The position numbers and the translations under genes were made by a program. Positions 13,201 to 25,300 of a stretch of DNA of 64,000 bases are shown here, piece by piece. The notes beneath the pieces were generated by a model. That model was not told the DNA's origin. It saw nothing but the letters and a program-made list of their open reading frames with translations, and ran no database searches. Source of the stretch: Haliotis cracherodii (taxonomy: Eukaryota); contig NW_027266341.1 in the NCBI RefSeq assembly GCF_022045235.1, forward strand, positions 7,626,001-7,690,000. The letters are read 5' to 3'. The first letter of the stretch is position 1; every line of letters begins with the position of its first letter.

Positions 13201-13469
13201 TTTTGTTTGTTTGTTTGTTATTTTACGTCGCACTCAACAATATTCCAGCTATATGACGGCGGTCTGTACATAATCGAATCTGGACCAGACAATCCAGTGA
13301 TTGACATCAGGAGCATCGATCCACGCAATTGGGATACAATGACTTGCATCAACCAAGCCAGTGAGCCTGACAACCCGATCCCGTTAGTCGCCTTTTACGA
13401 CAAGCATAGTCGCTTTTTACGGCAAGCATGGGTCGCTGAAGACCTATTCTACCCCGGATCTTCGCGGGT
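13201..13469 (-). mobile_element. SINE family B, full length
   Basis: Imperfect TSD tcagga[c/t]ta[a/t]tg; duplicated gtcgtaaaaggcgacta motif. Confidence 0.88.
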
Positions 13470-14577
13470 TCAGGATTATTGTGTGTTTTCTGGCTATATA
13501 AGGATAAGTCGATCGCATTGATGGCTCTCCTTGTAAACTGCCGGACAAAAGAAATGATACACACATGTTTTATGATGGCTAGATTTGAGATAAAATAAGC
13601 ATGACGTGGATATTCGATGGCCACGTATTTGATACGGGTACCATGCATGAGACCATAAGTATTTGATAATAGTCGATTTTTTTCAATTTTCAAGTGTATT
13701 TTTTCGCCCCCTCATTTTAGTGTGATAAATGGGATGGACAAAATCGACAGCATTGGGTCTACAGGCTAGTTGACTATGTGTCAGTTTGCCTCGATAGCGT
13801 AGATCGTTGCTAATATTCTCACGCACTCTTTTGCCTGGTCCAGACTCGACCATACGCCATGATACCTATCGCCGCGATATCCGGAATTTTCTGAATGTGG
13901 AGTTAAACAGCATTCCCTCACTCGTTATATTTCCTATTGTCACCTTTTCTTTCTTCTAATTACGAACATAGAATAAAGTAATACATATTTATTTAAGAAA
14001 AAGAAGTAGAAACCATCATAATAACAACATCCTTGACCTGGCAACGATGGAAAAATGTTACCCGAAATGGAATGATAGCTAAAATCAAAACAAACGTCTT
14101 TAAGTAAATGTCAAGCAAGCGACGTGGCAGTGATCAACTTCTTCATGGAAAAAAAGCAAGCTCTACCACCACATCACGATCTGGGCACGGTCAGCATGGT
14201 CAAGGCCGCATTACGTACATTGTAGGTCGACACATGTTTCCATTCAAGTTATATGTAATAGCAGGCAAACATTTATCAGCTGTCCTCATTAACATACATA
14301 TTGATTTCGTTCACTCTCTGTGAATGAGCACGTAGATGTACACTCAGGAATATCATTCTTGAACTTTCCTCAAAGAATACGTTGATTGCTCAAGCGTTAT
14401 TGGGATAGTTTTCCCCTTTTTGGTACTTGCCGTTTGGCAAGGAGGTAAATGGTTTAGACTTTTCTGTTTTGATAAGTGATTTTTGTGTATATTCGGGTGC
14501 ATATATGTTCTGTGCGTTCGACTTGCAGTTGCCCTCATGTTTCTGTTCCGTGTGTGTGTGTGTGTGTGTGTTTGCGT

Positions 14578-14895
14578 GTAGAGGATAGAGTGTCTGCCGG
14601 CGAGCGGAAGGTCGGTATTCGATTCCCTGACCAAAAGATTCAAACCAAAAGATGGTACTTGTTGTTACCCTGCCCGGTGTCGGCATGAAGGGGATACAAC
14701 AAGGACTGGTCGCCTCGGAATCAGTATTATGTGTTTGAGTGAGGTATCGATGTTAAAATGATCCATGCTATCTGAGTGGCATTATATATAGAGCTCTAAA
14801 TGCCGAATATAAGTCCAGATTAGTTCAACCAGCTCCACACGTACGTACGTTGCAATAAGCTTGAACGCGGCGTTAAACCCAAATTCACCTCACCC
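14578..14895 (+). mobile_element. SINE family C (V-domain-like)
   Basis: Homologous to 1-306; preceded by (TG)n. Confidence 0.75.
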
Positions 14896-15699
14896 TAGAT
14901 CTATTGCTTAGTTTGACCATTACAAATATTTCTTCGAGGTATTCAAAACGGCCCAATGATGTTAATTTTCAGCATTCTGTCGGAAATATAGCTTGCCTCA
15001 TTGATGTTGGCAGATAATATTTGTTCCTAACGGACGAGGTAGGAGAAGACGCTGTTGGTATCTTTGGAAAGAGTTTCAAATCTTGATGCGGATATTATCA
15101 GCTCACATGGCTTCCAACCGGCTCTTTTCGTTCTTACACGTGTGACAGAACATTATAAAATCTAAATATCATGGCATGCATGTTGAGATGGCCTTTATCA
15201 AATATGTGTACAAGGATTACTTGTCCCAAACTTGATTGAATTAACCCCCCCCCCCCAAGCTGGCTACGGCACTGTAGTCGCGCATGCAGAAAGCGTGATT
15301 GTTGTCGGTTATTCAATCAAATGCAGTTACCCCTCGTCAGATTCCATAAAAAAACATGATAATAATAGAGACAAAAGGTGTATGAATACAAAATTATAAA
15401 AAGTGAACTTGTTGCCAACTTATATCTCAAAATTATTTGTTTCTGTGATTTAATTTATAAAAAAGTGTGTCAAATGGATAACTGACGGTCTGTAAAAGTT
15501 AATAAACTACAGTCGAGACCGTGAGACCAATGTAAGCACGGGGACTCTTTGTTTTACAAACATTTGGCTTGGCCATGTCCTCTCGAACATTCAAATACTC
15601 AAAGTAGACACAATCTATTGATAACATCTTCTTTAATTACTGCAATTAGAGAAGTTGTTATCCATATATTGTGCCTACTTTGTCATTCGTAAGTAATGC

Positions 15700-15927
15700 G
15701 GGGCACGGGTGGCCCAGTCGTCTAAGGCGCCGCGATTCACTGTGCAGAGTTGCGTCCCTTGGGCACGCCAGAAACCTATATTACCCGTGCTTGTGAGTTT
15801 CACCGAAGTGGTAAACGTCTGAGACCTGCATCACTTCCGGCTTTCCTCCCACATTAATCTGACACGCCGTGATATAACTGGAATATTGTTAAAAGTGGCG
15901 TTACACTCAACTCACTCACTCACTCAC
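15700..15927 (+). mobile_element. SINE family D (tRNA-Leu/Ser-like head)
   Basis: ggtggcccagtcgtctaaggcg head; shared tail gatataactggaatattgttaaaagtggcgtta(cact)n; flanking aagtaat repeats. Confidence 0.8.
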
Positions 15928-18360
15928 AAGTAATTCCGATCAAACAATTCAGGCAAATACTCATACTATAATATCACAACTGTCCTCAAACCAACAACAA
16001 TAATCATATATATACCACTGATCAAGCCATGACATCACAAATTCGAAAAAAGGAAATGGGCACGACAATAATTTCTCTTGATAAATATTGATCGAAATGG
16101 ATTTTCTTCAACATCCTGCCAACCCGGTGATTTCAGCATGTTCCGTCAGCAATGTTATCACGACTTGTAAACATATGTTTCTCCCCTTAATCATATTCGT
16201 ATAGTTGTGCTTCTATTTAAAAAAAATAAAATGTTTCAAAGGTTCAGATTCTTTATTAACCCAAACTGACGTGACACAGAAATACATCTTTTCATATCTT
16301 TGACAATTTGACTTTCAGTTTATCACAGCTTCATATCGGCGATATATTGACTTACATTACCTGCCGTTATTTAAGAGCTCACCGACGTACGGCAGATAGA
16401 GAGGTGCAGTGAACACAGAAACCACCTGGAGTGCTTACCACGCGTATTTCTGATAAGACCCAGTGAAGTATACTATTTGCGACACTGAGTGAACACATTT
16501 TAGCCCATATCAAGTTATACAATCGTGTAAGTGTCCATGTTGAATGTAGTTATTAAAGGTGAAATATTTGCAGTAATTGGGCATAAAATCGTTCAGTGGA
16601 ACACACGCCAATGAAATAAATCTTCTATGTGCAAAAACATGTATAAAGTACAGTTGACATACGTTGTGTATAATGTTTCTCTTCATGTAAACAAGAAACG
16701 CTTACACAGCTAAGCAGTGCCCTACTGAATCAACGCAATGAGAGTCGTTACACGATACTCCATTGATAATGTGTGTCTATCTGGGATCCCTGAACCCACT
16801 GTCACGATTCATTCATTACTCCAGATAACCCACTTACGCTTCAACTGCCCCCAGAGTCATGTTCATACGGTCATGTTTCATGTTTCCATTTGCAAATCAT
16901 TCTGCTTATATTGATGCAGACATGAATAGCCACGTGTGTAGCAACCAGAACTGGGATAGGACCAGAACTGGGATAAACAGTCCACAATTTCGTAAAACCC
17001 CATTTACTGCGGTATGCTTTCGGTTAGCTCTAAAACGCATGGCGATATATATGCGGAATAAGATTCAGTTTTGGGGAACCACACTGAATATGATCTTTTG
17101 TATATTTCCATGTTCCATTCCAAATAAGTAACCCACATTACATTCTTCACTTTCAATTGGAAACTTCTTCAGTTATAAATATTCACATATTCACACGCCT
17201 TTCTGTGCGGCAATTCACATTTATGGATAAATGTCACTGTGTCTGTACGATATTTTCACTAATTATGTTGTTAAATATATAGGACCTCTTCACTCGGTGT
17301 GCGTTCTCTGAATGGCAGGCAGTTAGAGGCCGTAGACTAAGATTTCAGTATCGATGGTCATGTAATACTATGAACGAAACGGTCTGGGTGTACAAACATA
17401 CACGTGGAAAAATGCAAAGCACCTGGTGTCATATTTTTTCAATTGTGATTCATAAACACATGTTCCTGATAGAGTCGGAATCAATGGACTTTTACCAGAG
17501 ATTTCTTATGATTATGGAAAATGTTTTGTATGTGTTCTTTCCTAATATTTTGATATAAAATATTATGTTTTTGAAAACGGATCATGTATTCATGTTCAAA
17601 CTAAATACATTATTGTTTTTGCGTATAAAGTGAATTACTCATATTTAAATACAAAAACCTGAATCAATAATGTAATGCCATGTTATGTAACTGGTAGTGT
17701 TACTTGACTTCTCTTACATTGCCTCCCCGCTGCTTGTCGTGTGATGCGGCTTTGTGTTTGTGGCCATCTGATAAAACATACAGTGTACAACGTAGACACA
17801 ATTTTGTGGATAGCCCTTCTTTATTTTACTGCAATAGCGACGTTCGGTAAACATCCTTGTGCCGTTGTCAAGCATGCTTGTTGTTGTCCTTGTTTGACAA
17901 CGGTACAAGGATCTATACCGATGCGTCGCTGAGGCAGTACAATAACAGTTATCCATATCCTGTGTCAACTTTGTCATCAGTCAACTTCTAAGAAATGCAA
18001 AGCAAACAGAACATACAATGTTCTTGTTCTACTTTTTCTGTAGGTATCGGTGGTGTTTTACCCATTACATATATTTCCATGACATAAGTTCCACATGTAA
18101 ATATGGCTGTAACATACATGGAAATTCGGTATATAGTGACTTGACGTGTTAGGGGTAAGATGTCTAAGTAGTGTCTCGAGTCTTACTCTTGTTAATTTCT
18201 GCATGCCTTCATGTCGATCAGTGTGGTTTTCCCCAGCGTCGTAATTAGTGTTTTGTTAATCTCTTGTCAGTCTCTTGTTAATCCCTAATAAGTTTCTTGT
18301 TAATCTCTTGTAAGTTTCCCGTTGATATCTTATAAGTTTCTTGTGAATCTCTTGTCAGTC

Positions 18361-18525
18361 GGGGCGGTCGGGTAGCCTTGTGGTTAAAGCGTTCGCTCGT
18401 CACGCCGAAAACCCAGGTTCGATTCCTGACAAGGGCACAATGTGTGATGCCCTTTTCTGGTGTCCCCCGCCGTGATATTGATGGAATATTGCTAAAAGCG
18501 GCGTAAAATCAAAAACTCACTCACG
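18361..18525 (+). mobile_element. SINE family A inside a degenerate 11-bp (ttaatctcttg) array
   Basis: TSD cttgtcagtc. Confidence 0.9.
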
Positions 18526-18648
18526 CTTGTCAGTCTATTGTTAATCTCTTATAAGTTTCTTGTTAATATCTTGTCAATCACTTGGTCGGTTTAATATTAG
18601 TCTCTTGCTCGTAGCATTCAGGTCTCACGGTTGATCCGGCCTCAGCCC

Positions 18649-19010
18649 CGTGGGGACCCGGGTTAGAATGTATGCCCAGCACCCTATTGCTTGAAGTAAA
18701 AGGAGGCTAAATTGAGAACTCGTGGGGACTCCGGGTTAGAATGTATGCCCAGCACCCTATTGCTTGAAGGAAGAGGAGGCTAAATTGAGAACTCGTGGGG
18801 ACTCCGGGTTAGAATGTATGCCCAGCACCCTATTGCTTGAAGGAAGAGGAGGCTAAATTGAGAACTCGTGGGGACTCCGGGTTAGAATTGGTCCCGAGCA
18901 ACCTATACTGATTGTAAGAGGCGAATAATGGATGGAGTGGTCAGGCTCGGTGAATGGCGGATTGCATGTCAAACCCGACGGAGTGGATAGTTGCTGATAA
19001 TATCAATCAT
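18649..19010 (+). mobile_element. SINE B-related element with three tandem 72-73-bp head monomers
   Basis: Monomers start at 18649, 18721, 18794 and 18867; the last continues into a degenerate SINE B body. Confidence 0.75.
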
Positions 19011-20439
19011 TTAAGTGTTTGGTTCAACCTAGTAGTTAAAGGGTTCGCTCTTCACGACATGTTATTAATGTGAAACCCTTTTCTGATGTTCTAAGACGTG
19101 ATATTGTTGGAATATTGCCAAAAAGGGCTCACTCACTACTCTAGAACGTTAAACTGAGTCACAAAGATCACATGCCTGTTCGGAGTTTGTAAATATTTTT
19201 TTATTTTTGTTGTTGTCTAAGTACCATATTTCCCAAATTATGACATCAGCTGCAAAACTGGGGCTACACTTGCGAAGATGATGAAAACTCAGTTTTAATT
19301 AACTGTAGACAGATAAAGAATATGATTTTAGTACACGTTTATGTGCTTATTTCCGAACAGCTTGGTATGGTTTCACAGATTAGAAGGATTTGAATGAATG
19401 GTGGTTTACAACCCAGTCAGCAATATTTTGAACATACGTGCCCAGGTGTTGACTGAATGCAGTTGATAGGAAAAGCTGTTATACAAATGATGATGGAGAT
19501 TGCCGTGGCAGGGTACACATACAGTTGAACAGGGGATTTCTTTAATTTGTTAACTTTGGTAACAGTAAGAAAATATCTCAGCATCGTCATCAAGATTCAG
19601 GACCCATGGAGGATGGGTTGTGACACTTGTGAATATCCCATATAGGGATCCGTGCTCCATGTTGTAGGCTCGACATGTACGGATCCGTGGTATTGTCCGG
19701 GACGTACAATGGGGACTCTAATATAATAGCTGGAACCCATTGTGTCCAGGAAACCCTGAGGTGAGATGTGCATGGAGTCCTAAAGACAACAGGAAACCAA
19801 ATGTGGAAACCAAATGTGGAATCCAAATGGGGAGACAAGAGTAACCTTTTGCTGGGGACCCTTTTCTGTCCTGAAATCCTCATTGGGAGACAAGTCAGGA
19901 GACCTATTCTGCCCCACAAATCCGAAAAGGAAGAAATTTGTGTTCAGTCACACAGTTCCAAAATAAAAACAAAAAAAGGGTACCTGGTGTGTCCCATGTG
20001 GCCAGACACTGGCACTCAGATATAAATTTCGATTTATTTGACACCCTTTATACAGATTTAGACGGAAGCAAGTTCTAATCATTTATCACCTTTCCTTGTT
20101 TGTAACAGTGCGTGAACACATCTGATCCAAGCTTTTCACAGTCTTTAAAATTCATATTTCTGTGGAACGATCACTACAAAATAACGTTTCTGAGCGATTA
20201 GGTACACGTGTTTTGTCTCCATCCAAGTGTGGGCACATGCCACCTGTCACTGTACATGGAACACAGAGTGTCTTTCAGTTTCCGATTGTGACACATGAAC
20301 CCTGTTATCATAGGTTTAAATAAAACACATTACCTGTACCGCAATGGTTTGACACATACCACATGTGTTAACGCACGACTATCATATATTTGTGGACACA
20401 GAGGTAATGTTAACGTTTAAATGCACGATACATACCATT

Positions 20440-21480
20440 AATTTATTTAGGATTCATGACTTCATTACTTGTAGATACACGATATATGCCATTGTTCAAT
20501 TTTGGACATGTGACACCTGTCTTTTATTACTTGTAGATAAATGACACATATCATTGTTCAATTTTGGTCATGTGACACCTGTCTTTTAATACTTGTAGAT
20601 AAATGACACATATCATTGTTCAATTTTGGTCATGTGACACCTGTCTTTTAATACTTGTAGATAAATGACACATATCATTGTTCAATTTTGGACATGTGAC
20701 ACCTGTCTTTTATTACTTGTAGATAAATGACACGTGTCATTGTTCAATTTTGGTCATGTGACACCTGTCTTTTATTACTTGTAGATAAATGACACATATC
20801 ATTGTTCAATTTTGGTCATGTGACACCTATCATATATTACTTGTAGATACACGATACATGCCATTGTTCAATTTTGGACATGTGACACCTGTCTTTTATT
20901 ACTTGTAGATATATGACACATATCATTGTTCAATTTTGGTCATGTGACACCTGTCCTTTATTACTTGTAGATATATGACACATGTCATTGTTCAATTTTG
21001 GACAAGTGAAACCTGTCCTTTATTACTTGTAGATACATGATACATGCCAATGTTCAATTTTGGACATGTGACACCTATCAATATTTAGTTGTAGATACAT
21101 GATACATGCCATTGTTCAATGTAAGACTTTAATCACCAGTCAATGGTGAATATGAGACACAAGATACCTCAGGCTGTTAGTATTCAATTTTAGACACCTG
21201 TCATTTATTACTTGTAGATATATGACACATTTCATTGTTCAATTTTGGACATGTGACGCCCGAAAGATTTTTACTTGTAGATACATAATACATTTCTTTG
21301 TTCAATTTTGGACAAGTGAAACCTGTCTTTTATTACTTGTAGATACATGATACATGCCATTGTTCAATGTAAGACACAAATCACCAGTCAATAGTGAATA
21401 TAAGACACAGGATACCTCATGCTGTTAGTTTTCAATTTTGGACACGTGATGCCCGTCATTGATAAATTGTAGACACATGG
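20440..21480. repeat. 62-bp minisatellite (two ~31-bp subunits) in the gene A 3' region
   Basis: acttgtagat recurs at 20529, 20591, 20653... Confidence 0.93.
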
Positions 21481-21522
21481 TATCGGTCAATTTTGAAGAC
21501 ATGGTCCTAGTCAGTGATCCTA

Positions 21523-22055
21523 TCATTGTTCATTTTTGTTCAAATGTATAACAATCGCTTCTGGTCTCACATGCAGAATGTGCTTCCGACTGACACTCGT
21601 GTCTCGTGATGCTGTTTCACGGTGACGCGTCTTGTCTTTGACAGAAGCTAGCCATCTTGAAATGACCGCCGACAAGTCCACCAGAAATATACTCCCAAAA
21701 ACCAAAGTTAGAAACGCACCACCGATGTACCCAATACCTGCCGCGGACAGACGAGTGTCTTGAATACTCACAAACTTTCTTTTGGATTTCGACGTCATGA
21801 TCGGGTCCACTGTAAGCTGCTTCTTAATCTCTTTTGCCTTTTCTTCCACTTCTTCAATTGTGATGTTCTTGCAAGTACATTGACACGCATTTGATTTACT
21901 TGTGACCTTCACCGTTGAGGTGACTTTTACCTTGACTGGTACGTCGCGAACCGTTGTTGCCCAGTCTTCTCTTGTGACCCGTGGGTCAGTAGTGACGTCA
22001 TCATTTACAGACGCTGTAGTTTCTGCAGCTAATGTCGGGGTGACGGTTGTAACGT
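21523..22055 (-). CDS. Gene A last exon: Thr-rich stalk, CxCxC juxtamembrane module, TM helix, cytoplasmic tail
   Basis: Within ORF 21523-22167; tttcaag|AC GTT; CQCTC...[36 protein letters not shown]. Confidence 0.85.
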
Positions 22056-22317
22056 CTTGAAACAAATAAAAATTAAATAGATCAAGAAATATATCTACTC
22101 TTCCTGAACACATGTTTACAGCATTCTTATATGTCTTACTACATACTATTTCATGATGAATATTCAATTTTTAATTTTGTATTCCATTACATGTAGGAGA
22201 CATTCATATTTTGTGTTTTACATTTGACAAGAAATGTAAAGTTGGCAGAGGTGAGGTGAAGTGAAATGGGGTTTAACGTCGCGTCCAAGATTATAGAACC
22301 AATATAGCGACGTGCAT

Positions 22318-22358
<41 letters not shown>

Positions 22359-25300
22359 AGTCCGGACTGATGCCGATTTATTGTGCAAGCCCACTTAGAT
22401 ACCATGCCGCAGTAGTACCATCTTTTAACGTCTTTTGGTATGGCGGAGCTGGGGATCGAACCCAAGACCTTCTGCTCACTGGGCAGATGGTCTACCACTA
22501 GACCACGGAGGTGGTGATAAAGTTGGCAGAAACAACATGGAGGCAAGTGCACGCATCAACAAAATAATGTTGTGGTACTCCGTAATAAGTCATACCAAGG
22601 CGTGCTTGACATAACCATAACCGCGCTGTATTACTATTACATACATCGAAGGGACCTTCGAAGAAGGCGGGTAAGTTTGCCGATAACCTCTTGTTTTCGC
22701 TCAAGTTTTCTTCCCGCTTTTCCTTTTTCCGAACACCTACACTTTTAGCCATTGCGTTAGGGTAGTGAAGTTGGTGAGCTGGCATCAAACATGGTGTCGT
22801 ACAGTAATTTTAGTTAAATTTCTCTGGAGGTCTACCACAAACAGTAGACACTACCATGATCGTTCGTCATTATGATTATGTGTTAAATAAATGTCAGCTG
22901 AAGTTCACACAAAGCACACGAGTTTCACATAAATGGATCGCCAGAACGGAAACCGTTTTAAAGATAAATATTAGGCCTCATTTTGTCGAGTTGACACGTG
23001 CATTCATTATGATGTCTGGAAATGGATTATGTCATCACGCATAAAGGGAAGCCTGAATCTTGTAAACAAAGGTGTGTGGTATTGTATTTGAAAAGAACAA
23101 ACAGACAATGGCAGGTACAGAGCAACGCGTTATCGATTTATCGATTTCCGATTTCCTTTCAGCACCAGCAACGTCTGTAGTCTTAAATAAATAGTACAAA
23201 TGACTGCGACCTCTACTCGGATCACATTGGGTGATGACCATTGACACGTCTTTTTTAAGTTGTCATTCGACCTATGTGTATATACTTTATATAAAATAGT
23301 ATCAAGTTGTACAATAATCCAACAATGACGAGGAGAATTACTGAGTCGAAGTGTCAGTCAGCACGACTCAAGACATAACAGGTAGATAAATCACACTACG
23401 CAAGACAACAGGTAGATAAATCACACTACACAAGACAACAGGTAGACAAATCACACTATACCAGACAACAGGTAGACAAATCGCACTACACAAGACAACA
23501 GGTAGACAAATCACACTACACCAGACAACAGGTAGACAAATCAAACTATACCAGACAACAGGTAGACAAATCGCACTACACAAGACAACAGGTAGACAAA
23601 TCACACTACACCAGACAACAGGTAGACAAATCACACTATACCAGACAACAGGTAGACAAATCGCACTACACCAGACAACAGGTAGACAAATCACACTACA
23701 CCAGACAACAGGTAGACAAATCGCACTACACCAGACAACAGGTAGACAAATCGCACTACACCAGACAACAGGTAGACAAATCGCACTACACCAGACAACA
23801 GGTAGACAAATCACACTACACCAGACAACAGGTAGACAAATCGCACTACACCAGGCAACAGGTAGACGAATCGCACTACACCAGACAACAGGTAGACACA
23901 TCACACTTCAACAGAAATCAAGTAGACAAAACACGCTACACCACATAACAGGTAGACAAATTACACAAGCCCTCACAATATGTATATTGGCCACCACGCG
24001 CCTGTGGTCAGGTATGTGAAGCTGGCCAAAATTATTTTTTTATACCTAATAATACTAACATTACATTAACATGTATATTTCCCTGATGCATATTTCTGCT
24101 TTGATTCAATAGTGATCTTTTCTACGCATCTGTTGTCTACATCGGTGAGCATGACTGTTCCTGTGTCCCAATATGCTGGGAACGTACATGTTAAACAATA
24201 GTTTCGGACTGACTCAGTTGTCAGTCCCTGACAGATGTAAGTCAATCTAACCCGACGTTGTCTTGGAGAGACGCTGACAGTTACCGATTGTCCTAACTAG
24301 ACCATGACAAAGACAGTTTCTTGACTGGAAGTGGTGGAGCAAAGTTGATTCAGTCCTCGATAATAATTATATATCCATTCTGTTATGATAGATATCCTGG
24401 AAGAATTTGCCAGTTTGCTTTCTTTAAGAATTGACCTCACCATCGCCATATCAACATTCTCTAACTTAGCAATTATTTCTATCGCTCGTAATGGAAATTT
24501 GATTTAACAGTTAACTTTAACTTCGTGCCTTATTAATCGGGCGGGAACCATGGTGGCAAATAGATACAGGGTTTTATAATAGAATGGAGAAATGATACAC
24601 TGCATAACCGAGGATGAGTTCTTGTTTAAAACAATCATTTAGCACATAAACTTCGTCAAGGAGGCGATGGTAACTGTAAGTGCACAGAGACTAAACTGTT
24701 AGATACAATGTACAAAAGAACTGTTGAGGGAAGGGATGATCTTACCCACGAAACATCTTTCTCCTGTGAAACGAGGTGGACAGATGCAGGTGTAGTTACC
24801 GACGAGGTCTTGACACGTGCCTCCATTTCCACAAGGTTCGCTCACGCAGTCGTTGACCTCGTCTAGGACAGATTATCGGGTTACTGTTATGCTTAACAGT
24901 ACTTCACAGTATGAAATCAAATTAAAGCACTACACTGTACGTTCAATGTTATTTATGTTGTGTTATTCATGTTGAGCGCCGCCGTCAGTGTCCATCTGTT
25001 TCACGGCGGGCTGCCTATTAGAGAGTCTTGGCCGGACAGACCAGTGGTTTATTCACGGATTCACGACAAGCATGGGGTACTAAATATTTATCCTGATCCC
25101 GAATTCCAAAGGGTGTTATGATGTTAAAGTTTATTTCCAAAAAAAATAATTAAGTGAGTGCGTGAATGTTTTGTTTTGGCAAATCAACCATATTCCAGCC
25201 GTACCGCAACAACGTTCATATATACGATATTGGGTAGCAGTGGTTGATATTTGATCCGTGACACAGATCTTAAAGGTATTCTTAACTAATTTGATTATTA

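Noticed and set aside
17714-17977. 87-aa ORF ending near a gtaag donor-like site
   Set aside because: No recognisable domain and no partner exons found.
18649-21480. Regular repeats resembling CRISPR arrays
   Set aside because: Eukaryotic context, no unique spacers and no cas genes; they are tandem repeats.
23368-23904. 178-aa Cys-rich ORF ([10 protein letters not shown])n on gene A's strand
   Set aside because: It is a translation of the 30-bp intronic minisatellite. There are no convincing splice sites, and gene A splices in frame without it.
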